This document shows positions 42,090 to 53,202 of a stretch of DNA of 64,000 nt, in pieces. The notes under the pieces are model-generated. The model saw only the letters and a program-made list of their open reading frames with translations. It was not told where the DNA came from and did not search any database. Position numbers and translations under genes: made by a program. Numbering within the stretch: position 1 is the stretch's first letter; every line of letters starts with the position of its first letter. The DNA lies in the IMG/VR virus record IMGVR_UViG_3300027749_000070, positions 27,247 to 91,246 of that record. One strand, written 5' to 3'. The DNA comes from a virus.

Positions 42090-43415
42090 ATGAAATTCAT
42101 AGAAAAATATTTTAAATTTTACGAAACATATTTCGTTCCTGCACCAGAAGGCGAAACTGATGCTGAAAGAGAGGATAGAGAAGAACTCGAAGAACTCGAA
42201 AGACAAACCAGAGAAAGAGGAGAAAGATGGTGGAATAATAGTAGCCATAAATTTGGTGGTAATTACAGAGTTACCGTTCGTAATACTCAATTAGCATTAA
42301 AAGACGACACTTCTTCTCTTGCTAATTACTTACATGCTAGTGACGCAATGGGTGATATTAAAGCACTACTTCCAGAATATAATGTATCTGATTCTAAAAT
42401 GTATAGCATTAAAGGTAATGATCCCCGTGCAGCCAAAAAAGTTTATATAACTTTTCTTACAGTATTCGGACAAAGAGTAACACTTGAAAGACTAGAAAAT
42501 GGTGATTATAAAGCTAGATATAATGAGGTGGCTAGTTCTAAAAATCCAAGTGGTCAACCAATTATAGAAATATATGGAGAAGATAGCGAAGAAGTACCTG
42601 ATGCTCAAAGAATGCCGCCTTTAGAAAAAGCTTTAAGAGGTATTTGGATATATTTGATAGTTAGAAAAATAAAAGTTAGATTTGACAAGCTTATTACTAA
42701 AAAAGAATTATATGGTGGTAAATATTGGGGTGATAGAAAATCTTTATCAGAAATAATTGCATTAGAAGGTACTGTAATGGAATTGACTTCCGAACAAGAA
42801 GAGAAATATAATGAAATAATAGATTCATTAAGCACAATATTAAATCCAATTGGATTATTAGTATCAAAAGTATTTGATAATGGTTATGGTATTAAAATTA
42901 ATTTAAACCTAACAGCTATGCCAGATAGTTTATTATCTAATATAATAAATGATACTATTAACGGAGCAAAAAAGAAATCAGTAGAAACCGGAACATTTAT
43001 GAATAATGAAACTTTACAAAATAAGGTTTATGATAAATTAGAATTATACATTTCGAATATAATAAGTAATACAAAAATTTCTCCAAGAAATCCAAAAGAA
43101 GCAGTTAGATTAGTTCTAAAAAGAATTGAATTATTTTTTAATCAAAAAAATGATACAGTAACTAATAAAAAGGCTGCAATTATTTCTGGCTTAATAACTA
43201 ATTATTGTAATCAAGCATTAGCTATGCACGCAGAAGAAAATGACGAAGCTGATAATTTGAAGGCATTATATAATGCTATTATAAAATCAAAAGAAAAAAG
43301 TTATCTATTCTATTTAATTAAAAATAAAATGATGGATAGTCTATGGACTAAATTAACTTCTGTTAATAATGAAGATCGTATGAATGCATTAGCAGATTTA
43401 TATGAAGAAGATTAA
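42090..43415 (+). CDS. Hypothetical late (putative head-internal) protein
   Basis: TAATATATA at 42077; MKFIEKYFKFYE. Confidence 0.7.
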   Translation: MKFIEKYFKFYETYFVPAPEGETDAEREDREELEELERQTRERGERWWNNSSHKFGGNYRVTVRNTQLALKDDTSSLANYLHASDAMGDIKALLPEYNVSDSKMYSIKGNDPRAAKKVYITFLTVFGQRVTLERLENGDYKARYNEVASSKNPSGQPIIEIYGEDSEEVPDAQRMPPLEKALRGIWIYLIVRKIKVRFDKLITKKELYGGKYWGDRKSLSEIIALEGTVMELTSEQEEKYNEIIDSLSTILNPIGLLVSKVFDNGYGIKINLNLTAMPDSLLSNIINDTINGAKKKSVETGTFMNNETLQNKVYDKLELYISNIISNTKISPRNPKEAVRLVLKRIELFFNQKNDTVTNKKAAIISGLITNYCNQALAMHAEENDEADNLKALYNAIIKSKEKSYLFYLIKNKMMDSLWTKLTSVNNEDRMNALADLYEED

Positions 43416-43435
43416 AAATAAAAATTATAATAATT

Positions 43436-43705
43436 ATGAAATTTGTAAAAACATACGAAGAATTTAAATTTAATTCACCTAGACCAGGTATTTTAACACC
43501 AGAAAGAGAAACAGAGGTAGAACCTGATACTATGCCAGTGCCACCACCTATGCCAGATTATCCTCCAGGATTTAATCCTGAGGAAGATGAAGAAGATGAC
43601 GTAATTGAAAGACCAGTTGTTGACCCAGTTCCATTAGCTGAAAAACCAAAAGATGAGAAAGAAACAATTAGAGAAATCATCGCAAGAATTGAAAAAGAAT
43701 CATAA
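43436..43705 (+). CDS. Pro/Glu-rich late protein with T4-IP-like N-terminus
   Basis: MKFVKTYEEF compared with T4 internal-protein signal MKTYQEF. Confidence 0.7.
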   Translation: MKFVKTYEEFKFNSPRPGILTPERETEVEPDTMPVPPPMPDYPPGFNPEEDEEDDVIERPVVDPVPLAEKPKDEKETIREIIARIEKES

Positions 43706-43706
43706 T

Positions 43707-45221
43707 ATGAAACATCTTAAAAAATTTAATGAAGCCGAAGAATATATTCATGGTAATCCTGCTTTTCCAGAAGGTTATCTTGAAGATGCTTTGCGTAGAA
43801 GACAACTTCAAATACAACAACAAGGTGAAGGCAGTTTTAATATTTCAAAAGCTCAAAGATTAATCGCAGGTAAGGAAAGAGAATTAGAAGAGCTTTTAAC
43901 AAAAACTATGAATAAATTATATTCTGGTTTAGTTGAGAGATATAATATAACTTTTGACATTAAATTTGCAAATAATAGGGAAATAAGAACTCTTTTAACT
44001 GAATCTTTTGAGGAAGAAAAGCATAAAAGAAAGATAGCTAATTTAATTACACAAGGAGAAGCTAAAAATATGATGCATGTAATTCATAGTCCAGAAATTA
44101 CAGAAGGTGTTATAGAAATATTTGGTGAAGAAAAAGGTAGAGAATTGATAGAAATATGGTCCAATATAGTTAAAGCGGTTGATATAATTGATATGAATCG
44201 TGATATTAACCATTTTGATATGTCATTCATTACAAGCACCGTAATGGGTGTAGTAAAGATTGGTTGGACTCCAAATGACGAAACAAATGAGGAGCAACCA
44301 AATATAAATTCTGAAATAGAACAAAATATAGAAACACCAGAAGACGAAGAAGATAATTCATATGAAGAAACAGAACAAATAATAAATTCCAATGAAGATG
44401 ATTATGGTGAAGATGATTATGATGAAGATGAGTATGATGACGAGGAAAGTGAAGAGAGCGATGAAGATGATTGGAACCAAAGATTATTAAATGCTTTAAA
44501 TACTGGTAATGAAGAAGTGGTTGACGATATAGTTGAAGAAGAAGACTTACCAACTGATTATGTCAATAGAAATTTTACCCCAAAGATTATTGTAAGAGGA
44601 GCGGATTTTACATTATTAATACATGAATGTATTAAAGGTATATACAATGTTTTATCTCTTGCTGGTGTTCCAAAGGATAGAGATATGGCAAGAAGATTAA
44701 TTGGTGATTTAGAACAATCTTTAAGAGAAGAGCCAGAAGAATTTAAATGGGGTCCAATAGTTGCCGCTGATTTGAGAGATTTCCTAAATGAATATCCTGA
44801 TGTAGATAAATATCCAAATATGAGAGAAGAATTTTGGAGAGAGCTACTAAAATTACCAACTAATGAATTTTTTCCAATAGTAAATGCTATTCTATCTAAA
44901 TCAGAAGAAGGTAAAATTAAATCTAGAGTTATATTTAAACGAGTAATTAAAGGTATCGAAAAAAAAATTGGTAAAAAAATGAAAGCTGAGTATGAAAAGA
45001 GATTGCGTGAACATGAAGAAGAAATGAGATTATGGCAAGAAAGACAAAGACAAAATCAACCAGTAAGACAGGAAGCACCTATCACACAAGAAGAACCACA
45101 AGAAGAAACTGAAATTGATTACTCAAATATGTCACAAAAGCAATTAAATGATTTACAAAATCAGGCAATTGATGACGGTGATTATGTAACCGCAACAAAA
45201 ATAGCACAATATATAAGATAA
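43707..45221 (+). CDS. Hypothetical late protein with acidic insert and C-terminal UVR-like motif
   Basis: Start at MKHLKKFNE; LIHECIKG; C-terminal AIDDGDYVTATKI. Confidence 0.7.
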   Translation: MKHLKKFNEAEEYIHGNPAFPEGYLEDALRRRQLQIQQQGEGSFNISKAQRLIAGKERELEELLTKTMNKLYSGLVERYNITFDIKFANNREIRTLLTESFEEEKHKRKIANLITQGEAKNMMHVIHSPEITEGVIEIFGEEKGRELIEIWSNIVKAVDIIDMNRDINHFDMSFITSTVMGVVKIGWTPNDETNEEQPNINSEIEQNIETPEDEEDNSYEETEQIINSNEDDYGEDDYDEDEYDDEESEESDEDDWNQRLLNALNTGNEEVVDDIVEEEDLPTDYVNRNFTPKIIVRGADFTLLIHECIKGIYNVLSLAGVPKDRDMARRLIGDLEQSLREEPEEFKWGPIVAADLRDFLNEYPDVDKYPNMREEFWRELLKLPTNEFFPIVNAILSKSEEGKIKSRVIFKRVIKGIEKKIGKKMKAEYEKRLREHEEEMRLWQERQRQNQPVRQEAPITQEEPQEETEIDYSNMSQKQLNDLQNQAIDDGDYVTATKIAQYIR

Positions 45222-45222
45222 T

Positions 45223-47505
45223 ATGATAACTACTAAATACTTTGATTTTTTTAATCAATATAAAATATTCGAAGCTACCGAAGAAGAAATAACTGATATT
45301 GCGGTAAATTTCCTATTTAAAGAAATATATGGCAAAAGAGCTTTAGCTTCATTAAAATCAAAAATCAAAAAAGAAAAATTAGAAGAAGCTGGTATAACTG
45401 AAGAAGAATTTCAGGGATTTATAGATAGTCTTAAAGGACTATCTAAAGAACAAGTTGCAGAAAAAATAGCAAGCAGCACTACATATAGTACTTTACAAGA
45501 AATAAGAGATATTTTAAAAAATACACAATTAAGTGAAAATCAAATTTCTGCTGCTAAAGCTAGAGCAAAAAAAGATCCTTATTTTCTTAGACTAAAACAC
45601 CTTTTTACTAAAGCTGATTTACCTTATGAGTGGCTAGAAGCATTTTTAAGATTATTTTATTCACACTTTAAAAATTATAAAGTAAATACTGATCCAACTG
45701 ATCCTAATGGCGATTATGATAAAATAACTGATTTTTTTGGCCCATATACATATTCAGATGATCAAATTAAATGGGTTAGTGAATATGGTCCTTACGGTTC
45801 TTTTGGAGATATTTATAATAAAATAGCTATATTACCAGGTGATAATAACAATAAAGCTCAAAAAGATATATTAGGTAAATTTATCTCATATATAAAGTTC
45901 GAAAAAGATAAACAAAATTCAAATAGTGATGATCTTTCTACTGGGTTTGAAAAATTAAAAGAAGATGTTAATGACTTAAGTAAAAAATTAAATATAGAAA
46001 CACTTGCTAAAAGATTACCAAGAGGATATTGTGTTGATGAATCTAATAATGAAATAAAAGATTCAAATGGTAAAAGAATTCAAGATTCGAACGCTTGCTC
46101 ACTAAAAGGTGGTAATATAAAATATAATGTATATGAAGAGTATGAAAAATTAAAAGATGATGATCAATTGAAAAAATCTGTTAATTCAGCAATAGAATCA
46201 TATATAGAAATTTTAAAAGAAAATGACATACCTATCAAACCAGTTATAGAACTAGTTAATGGTAAAGAAACACCAGTATATAAATATGAAGTATTATTCC
46301 CAATAAGAAGAGGTACAGCGGATAATAACTATCAAAATTATAAAACATTAGAAGATTTTAGAAAGCAGTTGGTCGAATATATCAATTCTTACTATGGTAA
46401 TTCAGATGTCGGACTCTTAGTGAAAAAAGTAATTGAAGTTAATAAAAAATATGGTGAAAATAGAGGAGTTGAGATTATTTATAACAAAGACAATAAAGCT
46501 GTAATATGGGTTAAAACACATGAAGCAAATCGTCTTTTACATAACGAACAAACTGGTATCTTAACAAAAACTCAGCACTGTTTAGCTTGGACAGGTGATA
46601 CACAGTGGGAGGTAAGATTAGGTAATCATCCCGGTTATGAGGACAACACCGCTAATAAATTATATTATATTTATAACTATAATTTACCAAAAACAAGTGC
46701 TCTACTACCATTTGGTGTTATAATAATGCCAAATGGTAATGTCGCATCGGCATATGACAAAAAAGATGCTAATGGTGCCGGAATACCAAGGTTGAGTATG
46801 ACACAGACTCAGGTTCAACAACATATGAGAGATTTTGGAATACCATTTTCTGTATTAGCACCGATTACACAAGAAGAATTATCTTTATTAAATAGAACAA
46901 GAGATATCACAAAAATAATAATACAAAAAAATATTTCATTAGATGATATAAAATTCTGTGTAGAAGGTGGTGTCGATATTAATAGGAGCCAAGGTCAAGC
47001 ATTAAAAAATGCTATAGAAGAAAAACATACAGAAAAAATTACTTATTTATTAGAACATGGTGCAAATATAAAACTTTTACAAAGGATAGAACTTACAAAA
47101 CTAATAAAGTTATCTATGCCAACTGATACTAATGATATACCTGCTAAAATAGCATTAATTAAAAATATCTTAAATGCAGATTCTACATTTGAAGATTATG
47201 CGATGCTTAATGCCGTTACAGAATGGTCTCTCAACAATAATAATTTTAATTTTTTCAAAAGTATAGCAGATTATTATAATGCTTCTAGCTTTAGTACAGA
47301 AGATATTAAAAAGGAATTAACTCATATGATTGAAAAATTTAGTGAATTTGATGGTAAAATAGATAAACAATTTCTTAATTGGTTAGCTAATAGAATTAAA
47401 TTATTTTGTGTAAATAATGATGTTCGTCTAAATAAATATAAAAAATATTTAATTACACATTTTGATAAAGAAGACTTAACTTATATTAACGAATTATTAA
47501 AATAA
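45223..47505 (+). CDS. Large hypothetical protein with ankyrin-like repeat
   Basis: GVDIN....ALKNAIEEKHTEKITYLLEHGANI; N-terminal YKIFEA. Confidence 0.65.
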   Translation: MITTKYFDFFNQYKIFEATEEEITDIAVNFLFKEIYGKRALASLKSKIKKEKLEEAGITEEEFQGFIDSLKGLSKEQVAEKIASSTTYSTLQEIRDILKNTQLSENQISAAKARAKKDPYFLRLKHLFTKADLPYEWLEAFLRLFYSHFKNYKVNTDPTDPNGDYDKITDFFGPYTYSDDQIKWVSEYGPYGSFGDIYNKIAILPGDNNNKAQKDILGKFISYIKFEKDKQNSNSDDLSTGFEKLKEDVNDLSKKLNIETLAKRLPRGYCVDESNNEIKDSNGKRIQDSNACSLKGGNIKYNVYEEYEKLKDDDQLKKSVNSAIESYIEILKENDIPIKPVIELVNGKETPVYKYEVLFPIRRGTADNNYQNYKTLEDFRKQLVEYINSYYGNSDVGLLVKKVIEVNKKYGENRGVEIIYNKDNKAVIWVKTHEANRLLHNEQTGILTKTQHCLAWTGDTQWEVRLGNHPGYEDNTANKLYYIYNYNLPKTSALLPFGVIIMPNGNVASAYDKKDANGAGIPRLSMTQTQVQQHMRDFGIPFSVLAPITQEELSLLNRTRDITKIIIQKNISLDDIKFCVEGGVDINRSQGQALKNAIEEKHTEKITYLLEHGANIKLLQRIELTKLIKLSMPTDTNDIPAKIALIKNILNADSTFEDYAMLNAVTEWSLNNNNFNFFKSIADYYNASSFSTEDIKKELTHMIEKFSEFDGKIDKQFLNWLANRIKLFCVNNDVRLNKYKKYLITHFDKEDLTYINELLK

Positions 47506-47543
47506 CAAAAAACCTCAACTTTAAAGTTGAGGTTTTTTGTTAT
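47502..47543. terminator. Perfect 42-bp palindrome, bidirectional terminator
   Basis: ATAACAAAAAACCTCAACTTT|AAAGTTGAGGTTTTTTGTTAT, containing both convergent stop codons. Confidence 0.8.
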
Positions 47544-49399
47544 AACACATAATTTATATTAGAATTGTAATTAAAATTAGGATTTATATTTATTTTATTT
47601 TCTTCAAAAATATAATTTACGACCGATTCTTCATCTCCAAACTTACTATCAGCCATTAATGGATCATACCTATTAAAATCATAAGCCCAGTCTTTTACAC
47701 CCAATTCAATAAATCTTTGATTAATCTTATCATTATAAAATTCTCTTATTGATCTCACTCGCCTTTGTATATCCGCTCTTGTTTTATCCTGTGTATTATT
47801 TGAGTGATAGTATTGTAAATATAACATTTTAGGTATTCTTACCATTTTTGTTCTTAAAAATGTCCTTACTATTAATTCATAATCATCTGCAATTGTTAAT
47901 CTCCTATTATGACCACCGATTGAATGATAAAACTTTCTATCCCAAGCTCTAAAATGATTTGGAACACCCACAATATGACGTATTGTTTTTGGATTTATAT
48001 TAGACGTATTCATAGCCTTATATGTTATACCATTATAAACTTCATCCCTATATGATCCATAACCAAATGAAAATCCATCACCATAAGTTATAGAAGTATG
48101 ATTCTCCCATATTTCAGCACAATCTGAGTAAACAAATTTAGCATCTGGATATTTCTTAAATGCTTCAACCATCCAATAACCAGCGTCACTAGTTAATATA
48201 TCATCATGATCTAACTCCATAATATATTCACCCATACATAGAGCAGCAGCTCTATATTTAGATTCACCAACAATTCCACCAGATTTTTTTCTAAAGTCAT
48301 ATAACTTAACTCTACAATCTTGTTCAGCAATAGTTTCAGCAATTTTTAAAGTTAAACCATTATCAGTTGAATCATTAACTATAACCCATTCCCAGTTATT
48401 ATAAGTCTGTGTTTTTAGAGATTCATATGTACGCCATAATTTTTTACCAGTATTATAAATAGGTGTGAAAAAACTAATTAAAGGTGTATTCTTATCTGAT
48501 GAATCTAAAATATAACTATTTGCACATTTATACGACATATCACCTAAATTATCTTCTATTTGATTGAAATGTAGCCATCTTTTTCTAAAATCTAATGATT
48601 TGCCGCATAAATTAGAAAATAAACCAAAATTTTCACCTATTGTCACAATAGAATCTGGATTAAAATTACTTAACACTTTATCTATATCTTCATCATTTTT
48701 TATCTGTAAAACATTTAAATCCGAAGATTCATAATTCACCAATTGATTCGATTTTAAATCTAATGTATCTACATCACCTATTACTAGTACCTTTGGTGAG
48801 GAATTATTTGAATTAGTAATATAGTTATAATAACATAACTCTTTTTCAATAAATATAAAATCTTCTTGTCTTTCTTTCCACAATTTTTCTACTAATTCAC
48901 CATCGGCGGTATAACTATTATTAAATATATATTTACTATATATACCTATATCAATTAAAACTTGCGCAATATCTATACTACCAACTTTCATATTTTCAGG
49001 TTTAGCTTCTCTTATATCTAATTTAGTAAAATCTTTACCATCAACTTTTTGATTAAAAACTAATACACCATATAATTCATGTTCCTCAATTTCACTTAAT
49101 GCATTATAAAAATCCGGATGAATTATATTATCATCATCTAATATATAAACCCATCCATCAGTTATTTCATCTAATACTTCATTAATCATATTATATCCAA
49201 AACTATTTGGATCAGATTTTAAAAATTTAATTTTAGCTCCTATATTAGATATATCCATTAATAACGAAACATCTATATCTTTAAGTATAGTAGTATCAAA
49301 TAAAATATACCAACTTATTTCAAATAAATCAGTAAAAATTGTTTTACTTATTGTAAGTAAATTTTGAGGTCTTGTACACCTAGTTATAACATTTATCAT
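47540..49399 (-). CDS. Tandem GT-A (family 2) glycosyltransferase
   Basis: N-domain ILDDDN; C-domain FTPIYNT, IVNDS, ELDHDD, ADDYEL. Confidence 0.88.
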   Translation of the reverse strand: MINVITRCTRPQNLLTISKTIFTDLFEISWYILFDTTILKDIDVSLLMDISNIGAKIKFLKSDPNSFGYNMINEVLDEITDGWVYILDDDNIIHPDFYNALSEIEEHELYGVLVFNQKVDGKDFTKLDIREAKPENMKVGSIDIAQVLIDIGIYSKYIFNNSYTADGELVEKLWKERQEDFIFIEKELCYYNYITNSNNSSPKVLVIGDVDTLDLKSNQLVNYESSDLNVLQIKNDEDIDKVLSNFNPDSIVTIGENFGLFSNLCGKSLDFRKRWLHFNQIEDNLGDMSYKCANSYILDSSDKNTPLISFFTPIYNTGKKLWRTYESLKTQTYNNWEWVIVNDSTDNGLTLKIAETIAEQDCRVKLYDFRKKSGGIVGESKYRAAALCMGEYIMELDHDDILTSDAGYWMVEAFKKYPDAKFVYSDCAEIWENHTSITYGDGFSFGYGSYRDEVYNGITYKAMNTSNINPKTIRHIVGVPNHFRAWDRKFYHSIGGHNRRLTIADDYELIVRTFLRTKMVRIPKMLYLQYYHSNNTQDKTRADIQRRVRSIREFYNDKINQRFIELGVKDWAYDFNRYDPLMADSKFGDEESVVNYIFEENKININPNFNYNSNINYVL

Positions 49400-49458
49400 G
49401 TTTATTATAACAAAAAATTAAAAATTGTTTAAGAACAAATTTTTAATATATAAATCAT

Positions 49459-52400
49459 ATGGCTACCAATAATCCTAAACTCAAAATATACCAAGTTGTT
49501 CCTGAAATGTATCCTAGAATGGTACAATATTCTAACGGCAATTATTATGACGGCAACGGCAATCTATTAAATGTCGGAAGTGGAAATGGCACACAAGGAC
49601 CACAGGGTCCACAAGGGCCAGCTGGTTCTGGAGGTGGCGGAACTGGCTCTGGCACACAAGGTCCTACTGGTCCACAAGGTTTAAAAGGAGCCACTGGCTC
49701 AATCGGACCACAAGGAGCCAGTGGGTCACAAGGATTTCAAGGTGATCAAGGTCCTCAAGGAGCCACTGGGTCAATCGGACCACAAGGAGCCACAGGTTCA
49801 CAGGGTTTAATAGGTGCTACTGGATCACAAGGTGATCAAGGTCCCCAAGGAGCCACTGGATCACAAGGTTTATATGGAAATGACGGTTCTAATTCAGGTA
49901 GATGGATGTATTACACAACAGTTCCACCATTTTTACCAAATAATGATCCTAATGCTTCATTTTTTATAACTAATTCGACAAATATAACTTCAATATTACT
50001 TATTGATATATCAAGATATTCTTTAAGTAGCGATTATTATAATTGGTTTAATATAATTAGTACATTAAATCCTAGTGTTTATCCATTTTTTATTCAAATA
50101 TATGAAGTAGGTAATACTTCTATTAATGGCATTTTTCAAATTAATAGCATAACAGATTATATTACATATTTTGAATTAAGTGTAACTAATATAATAGGAA
50201 GTGGAACACTAACTGATAAACCTTATTCTATATCATGGGTATTTAATGGTATAGATGGAACACAAGGTACACAAGGCGATCAAGGCCCACAAGGAGACCA
50301 AGGTCCAGGATTTGATGCAGTATATAATCCTGGGGCTAATAGATTGTTAGTTTCTGATGGAACTACTACTGGAGCAATAGCACAATCTAACTTAACATTC
50401 GATGGAACAACTTTAATAATGGGAACAGATTCAAATTCTATTAGTATTAACACTAATAGTAATTTAACTAATGTCAATAATATTATATTTAATACTAATC
50501 CAACTTATTCAGCAACGGCATCTTTATTATTTTATGATAAAAATGAAGAAACTTTAGCTTATTTCTCGGATAGTTTAACAACTCCAGCACATATTGGTAG
50601 AGACTTGTTTATAAGAGTTTATAATATATCTGGGACAACTATATCTACTGGACAAGCTGTGCATGTTAATGGTGCAACAGGTAGTTTACCAACAGTAGTT
50701 CTATCATTATCTAACCCAGATTTAAATGCTACTGTTAATGGAGTAGCTTCTGCTGATATACCAAATGGTTCAATTGGATTAGTAACAACTAATGGTGTAG
50801 TACCAGTTGATACAACTTCTTTGATATTAACTCCTGTTAATCCTGGAGATGCATTATATCTTTCTGATAAAATACCTGGTAAATACAGCACAGATTATTA
50901 TGGTCTATCTTATTCTTCAAGAACAAATGTTGTTGGATATGTAATAGCAACAGGTTCTAATGGAACAATGTATGTATCTGTAAATAACGAAAATCTTAAC
51001 TTAAACATTACTGATAGACAAAGAAATATATTAGAAGGTAATATAATCTCAACTGGTGCATTTTTATTTAATGCGCCAGGTATAACTATATCATCAGCTA
51101 CTACATTTAATGTATCAGCTATGAAAGGTTGGATTGTAGATAATTATGGTCTAACTACTTCAACAAGACCGACAGTTAAATTAATAGAGTATGCTGGAGC
51201 TACTGGTTTAACTTCTTCTTATTTAACAACTGATACCGAAACTTATTTATATGTAAATTCAAATGGCATATTAAATCAAACTAATATATTCCCAACACCA
51301 CAACAAAGAAGGTTAAATATTTATCTAGGTAAATTAGGTCATGGTACAAAAACAACACTTTTGAATGCTTTTCCAGAACCAGATATTGATATATCTCCTT
51401 TATCACAATTGCGTGATATGTTTTCACCTATTAAATTAATTAATGGTGGTGTTTATCCTTCTGCTAATGGCGCTAATTTAACATTTAATACATCCGAAGG
51501 TACTTTATGGGGATTAGGAATTGGATTTACCACAGACACAACAAATCCAAGTAGCATATTAGTTCCAGCAAAAAGTCCTGTTACATTTCAATATAGAACA
51601 CAAATAGGTACCACCGCTAGTGCTAGTGATGTTAGCGTAGTAGATCCAGGTTATTATGATAATGGTGGAGTTAGAACCGCTATTGGTTCACCAGCTAAAC
51701 AAGCTACGAATCAAAGAATATATTTATTACAAAATGGTAAGTTTAGAATGCAATACGGTCAAACTGTATATTCTAACTTAACTGCGGCTATAGCAGCAGT
51801 TCAAACTGAAACATTTACTACTTTTCCTAATTTTATAGATAATGCCATATTAATAGGTATATTATCTGTAAGATCTGATGCTACTAACTTATCTAGTTCA
51901 ACACAAGCTAGATTCTTATTAGTATCTAAATTTGGTGAAACAGTAGGAGCTGCTGGTGGATTATCTACAACAACTTTACAACAAGCGTATGATAATTCTT
52001 CCGAACCAGAGATAGTAACAAACTCAACCAATGATGGGGTTACATTTAGAAGAGGATCTACTGCCGATAGTGATAATGTATTGATAGTACAAAATGGTTC
52101 GTCATCAAATGTAATGACAGTTGATGGAACTGGTAAAACTACAACTAACACATTAGCAATTACAAGTATATCTGCTACAGCAGGAGCAACTAATTATTTA
52201 GTTGCTAATGGTAGCGGCAATATTTACTACCAAACACTAACACAAGGACCAACAGGTTCTGCTGGTCCTCAAGGAACCACTGGACCACAAGGTATACAAG
52301 GAGCTACTGGCACACAAGGTCCACAGGGTGTTCAAGGTCAAATTGGTTTATCATCAAGTGTAGCAGGACCACAAGGTGTTCAAGGTCCACAGGGTTTTCA

Positions 52401-52935
52401 AGGTGTTACAGGTTCAACAGGTGCAGCATCAACTATACCTGGACCACAAGGCGCTACTGGACCACAAGGTTTTCAGGGTCCACAAGGTCAAATTGGTTTA
52501 TCATCAAGTGTAGCAGGACCACAAGGTGTTCAAGGTCCAATAGGTTTTCAAGGTGCTACAGGTAATATAGGTCCTGTTGGAGCAACAGTTGGTACAATAG
52601 GTATATCATTAAATGGTAATGGTGCTAATATATCAACAGGATCTAAAGGTTATATTAATATGCCTTATGCTTGTACTATAACAGGATGGCAATTGGTATC
52701 ATCAGCAACAGGTTCTATTGTAATTGATGTAAAAAAATCTGATTATGCAACATTTCCTACAACAACTTCAATAGCTGGCTCAGAATTACCTACTTTAACT
52801 ACCCAACAAAAAAATCAATTATTAACATTAACAACTTGGACAACTACTGTGTCACAAAATGATATAATAGAGTTTGTGGTTAATAGTAATACAGGTATAA
52901 CAAATGCTTCTTTAAATCTAAGAGTGCTTAAATAA
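49459..52935 (+). CDS. Collagen-like tail fibre / whisker protein
   Basis: Three Gly-X-Y blocks (GPQ/GAT); late motif at 49444. Confidence 0.85.
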   Translation: MATNNPKLKIYQVVPEMYPRMVQYSNGNYYDGNGNLLNVGSGNGTQGPQGPQGPAGSGGGGTGSGTQGPTGPQGLKGATGSIGPQGASGSQGFQGDQGPQGATGSIGPQGATGSQGLIGATGSQGDQGPQGATGSQGLYGNDGSNSGRWMYYTTVPPFLPNNDPNASFFITNSTNITSILLIDISRYSLSSDYYNWFNIISTLNPSVYPFFIQIYEVGNTSINGIFQINSITDYITYFELSVTNIIGSGTLTDKPYSISWVFNGIDGTQGTQGDQGPQGDQGPGFDAVYNPGANRLLVSDGTTTGAIAQSNLTFDGTTLIMGTDSNSISINTNSNLTNVNNIIFNTNPTYSATASLLFYDKNEETLAYFSDSLTTPAHIGRDLFIRVYNISGTTISTGQAVHVNGATGSLPTVVLSLSNPDLNATVNGVASADIPNGSIGLVTTNGVVPVDTTSLILTPVNPGDALYLSDKIPGKYSTDYYGLSYSSRTNVVGYVIATGSNGTMYVSVNNENLNLNITDRQRNILEGNIISTGAFLFNAPGITISSATTFNVSAMKGWIVDNYGLTTSTRPTVKLIEYAGATGLTSSYLTTDTETYLYVNSNGILNQTNIFPTPQQRRLNIYLGKLGHGTKTTLLNAFPEPDIDISPLSQLRDMFSPIKLINGGVYPSANGANLTFNTSEGTLWGLGIGFTTDTTNPSSILVPAKSPVTFQYRTQIGTTASASDVSVVDPGYYDNGGVRTAIGSPAKQATNQRIYLLQNGKFRMQYGQTVYSNLTAAIAAVQTETFTTFPNFIDNAILIGILSVRSDATNLSSSTQARFLLVSKFGETVGAAGGLSTTTLQQAYDNSSEPEIVTNSTNDGVTFRRGSTADSDNVLIVQNGSSSNVMTVDGTGKTTTNTLAITSISATAGATNYLVANGSGNIYYQTLTQGPTGSAGPQGTTGPQGIQGATGTQGPQGVQGQIGLSSSVAGPQGVQGPQGFQGVTGSTGAASTIPGPQGATGPQGFQGPQGQIGLSSSVAGPQGVQGPIGFQGATGNIGPVGATVGTIGISLNGNGANISTGSKGYINMPYACTITGWQLVSSATGSIVIDVKKSDYATFPTTTSIAGSELPTLTTQQKNQLLTLTTWTTTVSQNDIIEFVVNSNTGITNASLNLRVLK

Positions 52936-52950
52936 AATAAATATAATAAT

Positions 52951-53193
52951 ATGGAATACATAATTAATTCAACAACACAAGAAAACGAAGTAATCATCAC
53001 AAATGTTACTATGACTTTAGATAGTGGTAATATTTTAACATTAGATATACCACATTTTTTACCAAAATCAATACAAGAAATTCAACAGAATATAATAAAT
53101 AGATCAATAACCGAACAAATTAAATTAGACGCAATAAATAACTTATCTAATTTAATGGACGAAATAACATTAAACGAAAAAATAATAGTATAA
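52951..53193 (+). CDS. Small fibre-associated protein (possible chaperone)
   Basis: Position between fibre genes. Confidence 0.5.
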   Translation: MEYIINSTTQENEVIITNVTMTLDSGNILTLDIPHFLPKSIQEIQQNIINRSITEQIKLDAINNLSNLMDEITLNEKIIV

Positions 53194-53202
53194 TAATATA
53201 AT

